Below are positions 45,493 to 56,115 of a DNA stretch of 64,000 bases, in pieces. Where the stretch lies: positions 62,001 through 126,000 of the forward strand of contig OZ025667.1 of assembly GCA_964019335.1 (NCBI GenBank), in the 5' to 3' direction. The notes beneath the pieces are model-generated. The model did no database searches. It saw only the letters and a program-made list of their open reading frames with translations, and was not told the origin of the DNA. Position 1 is the first letter of the stretch, and each line of letters begins with the position of its first letter. Origin of the DNA: Diplonema japonicum. Lineage: Eukaryota > Protista > Euglenozoa: Diplonemea. The position numbers and the translations under genes were made by a program.

Positions 45493-45971
45493 GTGTTGCT
45501 TTTTTTTTTTTTTTGTTTTTTTTTTGTTGTTATTGTTTTTATTATTTTGTAAAAAAAAATTTTTTTTTTTGTTTTACTTCTTGTTCTTGTTGTATTGTAT
45601 TTATATATTTTTTTTTTTTTTTTACTTGTACGATTTTTTTTTTTTTTTTTCCAATCCGCCACATCTCCCATTATTTGCAAAAAAGAAAAAGAAGAAAAAT
45701 AAAATAAAAAAAGGAGGGGGGAAGAAAAAAAAAAAGAAGAAGAAATTGAGGGTTTACTTTTGTCTATACGTAAGCCTCCCCCCCACCCCTCTTTTTTTTC
45801 CCTTTCTTTTCTCATACCCCCCCCATTCTTTTTTTTCTCTCTTTCATATTATAAGTTTTTTTTTCTCTCCCCACCCCCACCCCCCCCTTCCACAATTCCA
45901 TTTTCTTTTTATCTTTTTTCCCGTCTTTGGAAAAAAAAAAAGAAAAAAAAAAGGGAAAAAAAAAAAAAAAA

Positions 45972-47138
45972 ATGCCGGTTGTTGATGAAGAGGGGAAAAC
46001 ACTGAAGAGACTGGTAAGCAAATCCGCGATTCCTTGGTACAAGGATTTCAAATCGTCGAAAGCCTACCCAAGCGTCCTGGAAGAAGAGCTAGACGCATTC
46101 TGGGAATTCACTGAGAAAAGATGGTCCGAAGAAAGACTGATAAGAACAGAAATTGCCACGGAAGTACGTAACGCTCTGGCAACCCTCCACGTACAGGTGT
46201 TCCTTGGCGGGTCTGCAGGAGTTGGTGTTGAAATCCCAGGCGGAACTTGCGAACTCTCTCTTGTTCCAAGCGACCCGTCCATTGGGGAGGCGGAAATCCT
46301 TGAAACACTCCGGAATAACTGTTGGTGGGTTGACGAAAACCCAGAAGGAATCTCTATCAGAAATGCCTCCGGCATGACCACCAAAGTGTCCTTAGAACCC
46401 GTATCACACCTCGGTCTACGCCGCAATTTACAGAGACTGGTCAATATGCAAACCCATCTTAAAAAGACTGTCAAGGTATTGGGGCAGATCCTCAGGCAGT
46501 CTAACCTTTTAACGGAATCCAACGGTGGTGTTTCCGAGTATGGCCTGCTCGTGATGACCTCGTCAGCCTTGGCCACCTTGCCAGTCAATGGCAACCCCGT
46601 TCATCACGTACTTTCATGTTATGGTAAGGCGTTTGATTCAACTCAGTTCACAGCTACTGTGACTGGGGCGGTGAAGGGTGGTGCCGGACCTGGTGGGTTG
46701 TTTGTTGCTCATCCTGTTGTTCCAAGTGTGAACCTGACCGCGTCTTGCAGGAGGTTTATTCAGATAAGGGAACTGTGCAATTATTGTCACATGATGCTGG
46801 CGAAATGGGACATTCCGTCTGCAAAGGGATCGTCTGCAGGAAGAAAGCCCTACAGCTATAAAGGGAAATCCCCGCTGTCGAGCGTGATCGCCTTCAAGAA
46901 CATCCCCAAGGAGAACCAGCCGCAGAGAAACCTCCCCCCTCCCCCTCCCCCTGTGCCCGTTGTTGCTGCATGTGATTCTGACGACGAACTTCCTCCTTTG
47001 ATGGAGGAACCGGGCATCCTCGCTGTTGAGCCAGAGGCTGTGACCTCACCCTTCCACCAAACAGCATTTCTATTTGAAGCAGACCCTAGGGGGAACTCTT
47101 CGATATGGGGTGCTGGGGTTTCAACCGGAGGGTGGTAG
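45972..47138 (+). CDS. Non-canonical poly(A) polymerase/TUTase (Trf4-like) fold protein, probably catalytically inactive
   Basis: V.L.GS..G...PG (DxD replaced by TCE), K.L..L....L.....GG.S.Y.L..M, L..YG..FD, L.V.HP.....NL. Confidence 0.6.
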   Translation: MPVVDEEGKTLKRLVSKSAIPWYKDFKSSKAYPSVLEEELDAFWEFTEKRWSEERLIRTEIATEVRNALATLHVQVFLGGSAGVGVEIPGGTCELSLVPSDPSIGEAEILETLRNNCWWVDENPEGISIRNASGMTTKVSLEPVSHLGLRRNLQRLVNMQTHLKKTVKVLGQILRQSNLLTESNGGVSEYGLLVMTSSALATLPVNGNPVHHVLSCYGKAFDSTQFTATVTGAVKGGAGPGGLFVAHPVVPSVNLTASCRRFIQIRELCNYCHMMLAKWDIPSAKGSSAGRKPYSYKGKSPLSSVIAFKNIPKENQPQRNLPPPPPPVPVVAACDSDDELPPLMEEPGILAVEPEAVTSPFHQTAFLFEADPRGNSSIWGAGVSTGGW

Positions 47139-47749
47139 AATGCGGAGGGGGGGGAATAAAAATAATTAAAAATTTAAAAAAAAATCTTGTTTCACATCCT
47201 CCCCTTTTTATTTTTTATTTTTAACCACTAAACCCACATGTCATATATGACATAAGAACAAAAAAAAAAAGAAGAAGAAAATCCATAGACCTTTTGCGTC
47301 AAATAGCGACCCGCCATATTCTCTTTTTTGGCGCCATTGCGCAATTTTTTTTTTGCTGGAACAAGTAAACAAATTTTTGAAAAGAATTGTTATTGCAAAA
47401 ATGAGTAGAGGCAGCTTATCCATTTATCCCTACTGTAGGTGAAAACGGCTTGCACAAACAAATTTTTGCTAACTTTGTTTGGCTAAATGCTGCCCTTTTC
47501 GGCATTATTTTTGTCAAAAGCATTAAATGTTGCCATTTTTTTTTTTGAAGTTTTTTAGGAAATCAGATTATCCTGTGGGCATAGTGGTTAAAGGGTGGTC
47601 CTCAAGTAAGGATTTGCCTAAGGCATCGTTTCCCCCCCTTTTTTTTTCTTCTACTTCTGGGTGGATATCGTGATGTGATGCTTGTTTTATGCGAAAGCTT
47701 TCCGGGGCAGGATGGGAAACAAGGGGGTTGGGGAGTGTTTAAAATATTT

Positions 47750-47801
<52 letters not shown>

Positions 47802-47850
47802 CTTTGCTACCTTGGACAGGTTCTGGGTATGCGTGCGTGAATATTTTATT

Positions 47851-47881
<31 letters not shown>

Positions 47882-50284
47882 CCTTCCCCCTCCTCTTTTT
47901 TTTTTTTTTACTCTGCTTGCTGACAAAAAACCCCCCTCCCCCCTTGACAAAAGAAAACAATCTTATTCAAATAAAAGAATGTGGAGTGTTCAAAGCCGAA
48001 GAAAAGGTGTATTCTGGCCCCAATACGGGTTCTAGAGGTTACTTTTGGGGCCACCGTGTCCCTTGTAAGCAAATATACTGGGAGGCGGAAGGATTAGAAA
48101 AGGGCGAAAAAAAAAGAGAGAAAAAAAAAAAAGAAAAAAAAAGAACATGTTAACCCCTTCCGTTGTTGGCACAAAAAAGAAAAGTAGCCCTCCCAGGATC
48201 GTGTGCTGTTGTTTCCTGTTGTTTCGTAAGTATCGACTTTTTGTTTAAGGGGTGTGGGGGGGGGGGGGGGGGGGGATGCAAGCACACACACTTTTACCAA
48301 TATTTTTTTTCCTACCAGAGGGAGCCAAATCTTTTTTTTCTTTTCCCCTCTTCTCCATTTTACTAAGTGGAGGGAGGCGGTGGCTCACCAATCTCGCGAG
48401 TTTCACTCCCCATCTGTTATTCACCCTTCCCCATTTACTTCTTTTATGCATGTGGATCCTTGTGTATTTTTGCCTTTTTTTTTATTTTTTTTATTTTTTT
48501 TTATATTTTTCATTCCCAGATTCCTCTTTACTTATGAAAAGCCGTATTTTAGAACAAGAAGACGATGTCCCCCCCGCACGCTGCTTTTGCAGTTTGTTAG
48601 TCAAAGTATCTTCTTCTTTTTTTGCTTGAACAAGAAAAAAAAAAAAGAAAAAAAAAAACAATATATATTGATAATGAATTGTTATTTGCTAAAAAGAGTA
48701 GTGCTAGCATTGCTGGGCTTATCCTTCTACAGGTTAACCCCCCGGCTGTGCACAAGCAACAATCAACCGACTCTTTTTTGTTGTTGTGTGGCTTAATATC
48801 CTCCTTGTGGGTTCTAAATAAGTAAGAGGGATGCAGCCAGCAGACTGAGGAGTTATGTGAGGGGGGTTTTTTTTTATATGTGCTCTCTTTTTTTTTTTTT
48901 TTTATAATTTTTTTATTTCCCCGGTCATCTTTCCTAAACTCCTTGCGAAGAGAGAACAGTCAAAAATCAAAAATTTTAAAAACACCCCCCCCCCCCCCCC
49001 TCCCCCCCGAAAGAATCCCGAACAAAGAGGAGAGGCAGCAAGCGTGCTCAAATGTCTTGTCCTGAAAAAAAAAGAAAAAAAAATAATAAGGATTCTTCTT
49101 CGATTTCTTTCCTTTTTGATCTTTTTTTTTTGAGGAATAATGGAGTGAATCATTCTGGTGCCCTTTCACCCCCCCCCCCCCCCCCACCATGACCAACAAG
49201 GTTGTCGGTAACGGGGGAAAGAGAGGGAGAAAGAGAGAGAAAAATCTTTTCTTGGGGGCTTGTTCCCCCTTTCGTGTCCCTATGTATATGTCGAAAAGAG
49301 GTAGCTTTCTAGAAGAGAGAACGAATGGGAACAGGGGGGGGTGAGGGATAAGAAGAGACAAAAAACAAAAAAGAAAATGAAGAAAAAAAGATTCGAGAAC
49401 AAAAAAAAAATGGTTTGCTTTCCTCCTCTTTTCTTCCGAGTCATGTGGTTTACGTTTTACTTTCCCTTTTTTTTTTTTTTTTATATGTAATAATTTATTT
49501 ATTTTTTTTTCATTTTGTACACACAAGTGTACTGCAGCGGGGTCTTTGCTACACTTTTTTTATAGCGTTTATTATTCCCCCCCCCCCCCCCCAATGAGGG
49601 TTTTACAAAAAAAAGAAAAGGCAAAAGGAAAAGAAGAGAAAAAACAAGGGTGAGGAGAGAGAGGGGGTTTTCTTTTATTTTATGTAAAAATGTGGACGAT
49701 ATTGCATTCTATACGAGGGGAGGATAGAAGTCTCTGTCGATAAAGAAAATGACGTATAATTCTATTTCCTTCGTCAAGTGTGGTGTGAACTGAGACTTCT
49801 TCTTTCCAACCGTCGTGATATCAAAGGGATGAAGGGGGGGTTTTTTTTTTTATTCTTCCTTCTGCCCTTTTATGTGGTTTTTGATATGTTGTGCCTCCCC
49901 CTGAGGAAAAAAAAAAAAAAAAGAGGGGGGAAACCCGGGATTCATCTCCCTACGCAGAGTTCTCGCAGGGCTCGCTGTTGCGTCACGGATGGAAAGAAGA
50001 AGAAAAAAAAGAAAAAAAAAACGGGAAAAGAAACCCCCTTCCCCTTCTCCTTGTTTTCTTTACTCTCCCTGCTACCGAAATGATACAGCAGCAGCAAACA
50101 TGCCCCCCCCCTTTTTTTTGTTATTATTCTACCAATTATTATTCAACAAAAGAAGAGGGGAAAAAAATAATAATAATGTAATGAAATAATGATTGTTAGT
50201 AGTTTTATATTTTTTATTTTTTTTAAATTTATTACACCTTTTTTTTTCTTTTTTTTTTTCTTCTCGCGCTGTCATTTTTTTTTT

Positions 50285-50329
50285 TAAGTCACTCACTGCT
50301 TCGGGCATTAAGTCACTCACTGCTTTGGC
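50285..50329. repeat. Two-copy ~24-bp tandem duplication (TTAAGTCACTCACTGCTT.GG)
   Basis: Directly visible direct repeat. Confidence 0.7.
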
Positions 50330-51504
50330 GTGATATGTGACAATAAAAAAAAAACTTTTTTTGCTGGGTGGGCCCGGTTCCACTTGAAATGTTCGTGCTT
50401 AAAATTCCTATTCCAACCAAGAAGGGAGTGAAAGAAAAAAATGACGGGGAGAAGAAAAAAAAAAATAAGGTGAATAAAATAATTTTCTTTAAAGTGAATT
50501 GAAGAAAAAAAAAACAAAGCCCAAACAAAAAAAAAAAAAAAAAAAAGAAAAACTGATATATTCCAAGTCACCTCTGCCTTCCAAACATGACGATTAGCTT
50601 CTACTGGATCCAATGATTTTATTCTCTTTCTAGATTTTGTACTTGATTCAAAAGTAACGAATCCTCCACCCCTCCCACGGTCATATCGACTTTTCTTCAC
50701 TTTTCTCTTTCCAATTCCACGGATTCGTCATTCCATCAAAGGCGTGAAAATGGGGGGGGGGGGGAGATAAAAGGAAAGGAAAAAAAAAAGAAAAAAAAAA
50801 GGGGGAGAAAAAAATTGCATGTGTTTATCCCCCCCCTTTTTTTTTTTACATAGTTCCATTTATTTTCTCAGGTTTCTTTTGTGACTTCCCCCCCTTTTTT
50901 CTTCTTTTTTTTTTTAATACTTGTTTCCCAGTCAGGGGGCTATTCAGATACACATGTGGTTGACCGAAGCTGACGGTGACGATAACGAAAAAAGGAAAAA
51001 GAAGGAAGAAAAATAAAAATAAAAATAAAAAAATCGATAGTTCTAACAAACCTCAGCGAACATTTTCTATGAAGAATGCAGTTTGAAAGGATTTTTTTTT
51101 TTTTTTTTGAACAACTAGATCGATTGTTGGAAGGGCCAACATAGGCTTTCCCCCATAGGAGGGGAAAAAAGAAAAAAAAAAAAAAAAAAAAAAGGTGTGT
51201 AATTTCTAATGGGTTATCACATCGTATCACAAACGTATTAACTTTGCTTTTTTATTTTTTTATTTTCTTTAGTGGGCTTTTTCTAACCACTTCGTTTCCT
51301 ATCATAGTGAATTTTTTTTGTTCCCCTGCCGATTCCCCTGACGTCACGAAAAGAAGCAGTGAGTATATTCCAAGGAGGGGTGGGGAGGGGGGGGCGATTG
51401 GGATTTTTTTTTTTCAGGGAAAAACAGCCCTGCAACCTTTGGAGCAGACGGCACTACTGGAACACCAGACCCCGCGCCAACAGAGAGCAAGAATCTCTTT
51501 GGGG

Positions 51505-51535
<31 letters not shown>

Positions 51536-52156
51536 CCGCCGCCCCCCGTTTTAAAAACCACCCGATCTTGGAAAAAACACTGAGAAAAAAAAGAGGGAAA
51601 AAAAAAAGGAAAAAAAAAAACGATCTTCAGAAAACTAACTAGTTGAGCCAGATTGGTTGGTTTATGTTTTAACGCATCATATCTCATTTCCCAAAATTTC
51701 GAAAAATCTTTTCAAAAGGTTGGGAAAATTATTAAATATTTTTTACTTCAAGGTTTCGGGGGGATAAGAATTGTGGTCACCCCTTACACTCGTAACAAAG
51801 GCATTTTTCCCCTTGGGAACCCGTTAGGTTCAATTCCCGGGATGCACAAAAAAAAAACAAAACAAAAAAAAAAAAAAAAAAAAAGAAATGTCAGAAAAAA
51901 AACAATCGGGGAGTCGCGAAACGAGTAAACCGCAGCCTTTGTTTTTTTTGGGGGGGGGTGATATGAGGCGTTAAAAAGAAAGAAAGAAAAAAAGAAGGAA
52001 GGGAAAAAAAAAAAAAAAAAAAAAAGAAATCTTCCAAAAAAAAAAAATCGGAAATAATCCATTATTGTAAATGAATTGTTATTTTTTTTTGCTTTACAAA
52101 GAAAATCGGGGAAGAAGAAAGAAAAGGATTGGAAGACACAAACTTCAGCTAACCTG

Positions 52157-52301
52157 ACCACATCTAAGGACGGCCGCAGGCAGGATATCTAAACCTGTCA
52201 GTGAGTATCAATTGGTGGACAAGTCTAGTGCCAGCACCCGCGGTAATTCCAGCACCAATAGCGTATATTAATGCTGCTGCTGTAAAAGCTCGTAGTTGGA
52301 T
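52157..52301 (+). pseudogene. 18S rRNA gene fragment (helices ~14-19) with internal deletion
   Basis: ACCACATCTAAGGACGGCCGCAGGC joined to GGCAGGATATCTAAACCTGTC...CAATTGGTGGACAAGTCTAGTGCCAGCACCCGCGGTAATTCCAGCACCAATAGCGTATATTAATGCTGCTGC...GCTCGTAGTTGGAT. No flanking rDNA. Confidence 0.85.
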
Positions 52302-52616
52302 CCAGAGTTCAGGTTGCATTGCGGCTCTTTCCTAGTTTTGACGCGTACTGCTGATAGGCTTTGGTCCCGATTCCCTATCAGATGAATGAAAAAGAAAAAA
52401 AGGGGGGGGGGAAGAAAAGCGGGATCACTTTCTTCTTCATCTTCTTTGTTTCCCCATTAGTTCCTCTCCCACCATTTATTCGCCTCCCCCCCCCCCTCGT
52501 TTTTTCATTCTTTCTTCACTTTCTCGCTTCTTTTTTTTCCTTCTCTCTTTTCTCTCTTTTTATCTTTTTTCTTCATCATGGTTTTCCAACCGCACCTTCC
52601 ACAGGACAAGACAAGG

Positions 52617-54623
52617 ATGAGGGCGGCAGTGCTGACGCTGCTCCTTGCGGCCAGTGGCGGTGTGACATGCATCACGGAAGTGCTTGAAACGAACAGGGCT
52701 GGGCACAAGAGGTTCTACCCGGACTTCGTATACGAGACGGAGGAAGCGGTGGCGCGGCTGCACAAGGGAGACCCGCCGACGCCGGGGCGGAACCCGCACG
52801 CGGGGAACACGTCGCTGCCGTACCCGGACAACCTGCAGTGGCTGCTCAGCATCTTCAACAGGGGGTGGGGCCTGCCGTCGTCGTACATTGATATCTTGCC
52901 GAACGGGCAGGTGTACTGGGCGACGAAGACCTACCTGGACATCGGGGCCTTCGACGAGTACGGGGACCACGAGCCGCTGGACGGGATCATCGCGATCCAG
53001 GAGCGGGCGCTGACGCGGTACGGGCTGAACCTATACGACGCGGCGGTGTGGGAGATCGCGGTGTCGCTGTGGGGCCGGTGGGACGTGGCGCAGGTGTACG
53101 AGCGGAACGTGCTGTACCCGTCGACGACAGGGCCCGCGGGGACGAAGGACGGGATGCCGGGGGGCATCGTGAACATCCGGGCGGACGCGGACGACTTCCA
53201 GTACGGGGTGACGAAGGTGTCGGGGTCGGCGCTGAAGACGGTGACCTACGCGGGGAACGTGACGCACTTCACGCAGGACGCGAACGGGGACCCGTCGAAG
53301 ACGGGGGTGAAGGAGGGCCCCGGGGCGCTGTACTACAGGATGATCGGGCCGAGGTACCAGATGGTGGACCCCTTGAACGGGCACTTCGCGGGGGCGTGGA
53401 AGTACCCGTGGCCGAACTACGACGAGACGACGAAGTGGAACACGTACGGGCTGATCCACTTCAACGACTGGAAGCCCATCACGGGGGAGAACGTGTGGTC
53501 GGCGATGATGGGGCCGATCCAGTCGCTGGGGCTCTCGACGAACAACAACATGAGCGCGGGGCTGTGCGGGGCGCCGCAGCGGCGTCCGGCACTCCCGTGC
53601 ACGTGGGAGGACTACGAGCACATCCCGGCGGCCATCCAGCAGGGGATCACGGTTCTCCCGGGGCTGGAGGCTCTGCAGTCTATCCCGGGGTCGCTGTACC
53701 ACTGCCCGTGGGGGTCGAAGATCTTCCCCCCTGACCCGGAGGAGGGGGAGAACGTGTCGAACGAGAACAACTTCAGTGCCTACGCCTCTCTGACCATGCT
53801 GTACGAGGTTCTTGTTAACTACACGGGCTGCAGCAGCAGCAGCGGGGTGTCGTCGTCGTCGGACCCCCTCCTCGCCTACGGGTGCACGACAACGAAGAAG
53901 CTCCTGGACGGGTTGGACAAGTTCTTCGACGACGCGAGCATTTTGAGCACGAAGGGGCAGATGCCGGACGGGATGCAGGTGGTCCCGCAGGGGGGCCACA
54001 TCAACGGGAGCGGCTACTTCCCTGTCCCCATCAACAGCGTGGCGGGGCTCGCGGTGGACTGTCAGACCTGGGGGCTCAGCGTTCTCGGGATGAAGCGCAT
54101 GGACACGAACTGGGGGGCGGGGACCTCGTACAAGATATGGCAGGCGGCGAAGAAGTACGCGGGGTTCTACAAGGGGAGCGTGCTCGCGGGGGTCGGCTAC
54201 ACGGACCTCACGAACCTGAACACGAGCCAGCCGGTCCCGCAGAACGACATCTGGTCCGCGGAGTGGACCTTCGGGGCCATCAACATGTGCCAGAAGCTCG
54301 CGCAGGAGTACAAGGCGGCGGGGAACGACCCCTACTACAACGCCCTCATGCACGACGCGCAGTCCATGTACAACGAGGTCACCAAGATGTGGCCCGAGGG
54401 CCTGCGCTTCCCGGACGGTTCCTACGTCTACGCCAACAGGCGTTTCTTCATCCCCTGGGGATGGTTCTCCAACCCCATCTCCTCCACCTGCTCCACTGGT
54501 TGGTCCGTCATGATGGACCTCAACTTCAACCCCTTCGAGTACTGGGGCGGGAACAAGCCTCCTTTGGTCACTCCCCCCCACCTCGTGAAGACCCACACCT
54601 TTTACAAACGCCCTATGCATTAG
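52617..54623 (+). CDS. Secreted glycoprotein resembling the trypanosomatid Golgi/lysosome glycoprotein (tGLP-1) family and its bacterial homologues
   Basis: Signal peptide; motifs ER...YG.NLYDAA.W.IA, DWKPITGEN.W, SNENNFS.YA.L, AVD.QTWG, SAEWT.GAI, YA.RR.FIPWGW..NP..STCST. Family assignment is from recall. Very high GC3. Confidence 0.7.
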   Translation: MRAAVLTLLLAASGGVTCITEVLETNRAGHKRFYPDFVYETEEAVARLHKGDPPTPGRNPHAGNTSLPYPDNLQWLLSIFNRGWGLPSSYIDILPNGQVYWATKTYLDIGAFDEYGDHEPLDGIIAIQERALTRYGLNLYDAAVWEIAVSLWGRWDVAQVYERNVLYPSTTGPAGTKDGMPGGIVNIRADADDFQYGVTKVSGSALKTVTYAGNVTHFTQDANGDPSKTGVKEGPGALYYRMIGPRYQMVDPLNGHFAGAWKYPWPNYDETTKWNTYGLIHFNDWKPITGENVWSAMMGPIQSLGLSTNNNMSAGLCGAPQRRPALPCTWEDYEHIPAAIQQGITVLPGLEALQSIPGSLYHCPWGSKIFPPDPEEGENVSNENNFSAYASLTMLYEVLVNYTGCSSSSGVSSSSDPLLAYGCTTTKKLLDGLDKFFDDASILSTKGQMPDGMQVVPQGGHINGSGYFPVPINSVAGLAVDCQTWGLSVLGMKRMDTNWGAGTSYKIWQAAKKYAGFYKGSVLAGVGYTDLTNLNTSQPVPQNDIWSAEWTFGAINMCQKLAQEYKAAGNDPYYNALMHDAQSMYNEVTKMWPEGLRFPDGSYVYANRRFFIPWGWFSNPISSTCSTGWSVMMDLNFNPFEYWGGNKPPLVTPPHLVKTHTFYKRPMH

Positions 54624-55309
54624 GTGCAGTTTCTCTTCATTTTCCTTTTTGTTTCCCTATTCTCACTCCCCTTGCTTCGCTCTGTACCAGCACCTTTTTT
54701 AAAACACTAAATTTGTTGACGCAAAAAAAAAAAAAAAAAAAAAGAGAGAGAAAAAGGAAAGAAGAAGATAAAAAGAGATGGGAAGTGCAACATGATTGTT
54801 CATTCATTTCCGCCATTTGGAGGCCCCTCTTTTTGTTGTTTTGAAAATGGAATAGAAAAAAGAAGGGGAGGGAAAGAAGAAGAAAACACTGTTTCTGGTC
54901 GTGTGGTGTTTTGTCTTCCTTCTTCTTCATTCTCACATTATTCTTTCCTTGTTTCTTCTTTTACTCCTTTTTTTTTTTTTTTTGCATCTCTTGTCCTCTG
55001 TCCCTGACTTTTCTTTCCTTTTTTCCTTTTTTCTCGTCCTTTTCTCCCCGTTATCTTAGTGACACGAAAAACACTTTCAGCAATTAGCTCTCTTTTTACA
55101 CACCACCACCCCCCTTTTTTAACACGACGGGAAAAGAAAAAGGCAATAAAGAAATGAGAGGGGGGAAAAAGAGAATATTGAGAATGAAAAGGGGGGAGAA
55201 AAAAAAAAGTAAAAAAGGGGATTATCTTCCTGCTTTTTATACCGTTTCTCTCATTTATTTTTGGGTGCTTCTCTAAGCAATTACAAAGGGGGGGGAAAAA
55301 AAAAGAAAC

Positions 55310-56008
55310 ATGCAAACCCTTTACCCTGCGGCGAACGCTGCAGTAGCGAGTCAAGGTGGAGGTGCCGCAGCAGCGACGGCGGCAGGGCCGTCCACAGCAG
55401 CAGCTACAACAACAACTACAACAACAACAGCAGCTTCGTCTGGTGGAGGCTGTGGAAGCACAATGTGCTGTGTGGCTACCGACTACCTCTTGTGCTGCGG
55501 TGCCATCGGCACAATAGGTCTTGTCGGGGGGGTGCTGGCGTGTGGCGGTGGAGGGGGGAACAAAATGGAGTACAACCAATTCTGCGGAGAGTGCGAAGCA
55601 AATGCCGCCATCCTCGAATGTACAGAATGCCACGAGATCTACTGCCAGCCTTGCTACGACAAAACCCATGCCACTGGAAGGTACGCAGGAACACGCAAAG
55701 GCCACCGTGCCACTCGGCACAAAAGAGAGTCAATACGCTTCCTCGTTGAACGTGACGATGCCGAGTTCTATCTCTCTGCTGCACAAGTGTGCGGGGAGTG
55801 TTCTGACGACACCTCCCAAGTCCGCGCCACCGTCTTCTGCGCCGATTGCAAAGAGGTCTTCTGCCATAGTTGCAAGATCAAGGTCCATTCCAAAGGCCTC
55901 CGTGCCCGTCACCAACGCTACATCCCCCTCCTCTCCGGCGAGAACAATCTCACAGAGGAATTCATGGAGAAGAACTTCCCCCCGAGACCTCCTTCGCACC
56001 CTCGATGA
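55310..56008 (+). CDS. Tandem B-box zinc-finger protein
   Basis: CGECEAN.A..EC.EC.EIYC.PC...TH and CGEC......A..FC.DC.EVFC..C..KVH..G.R..H. The true start may be the later Met (MEYNQF). Confidence 0.75.
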   Translation: MQTLYPAANAAVASQGGGAAAATAAGPSTAAATTTTTTTTAASSGGGCGSTMCCVATDYLLCCGAIGTIGLVGGVLACGGGGGNKMEYNQFCGECEANAAILECTECHEIYCQPCYDKTHATGRYAGTRKGHRATRHKRESIRFLVERDDAEFYLSAAQVCGECSDDTSQVRATVFCADCKEVFCHSCKIKVHSKGLRARHQRYIPLLSGENNLTEEFMEKNFPPRPPSHPR

Positions 56009-56115
56009 CCTCTGTACTTGCTTTCCAGCAACGCACTTTTCAAAAAATCGATTTGTTGTTCTTTTTTTTTTTTTACTTGACACTGACCCCACCCCGCATC
56101 CCACACAGCAGGGAG

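Noticed and set aside
47980-48000. GAGTGTTCAAAGC resembling an 18S motif
   Set aside because: Only about 13 nt match, with no colinear flanking rRNA sequence.
50560-50750. Minus-strand coding-like island
   Set aside because: Stops interrupt every frame and no motif is recognisable.
51790-51848. tRNA T-arm-like GGTTCAATTCCCGG and a TCGTAACAA motif resembling the SSU 3' end
   Set aside because: No cloverleaf or D-arm can be built, and the matches are too short.
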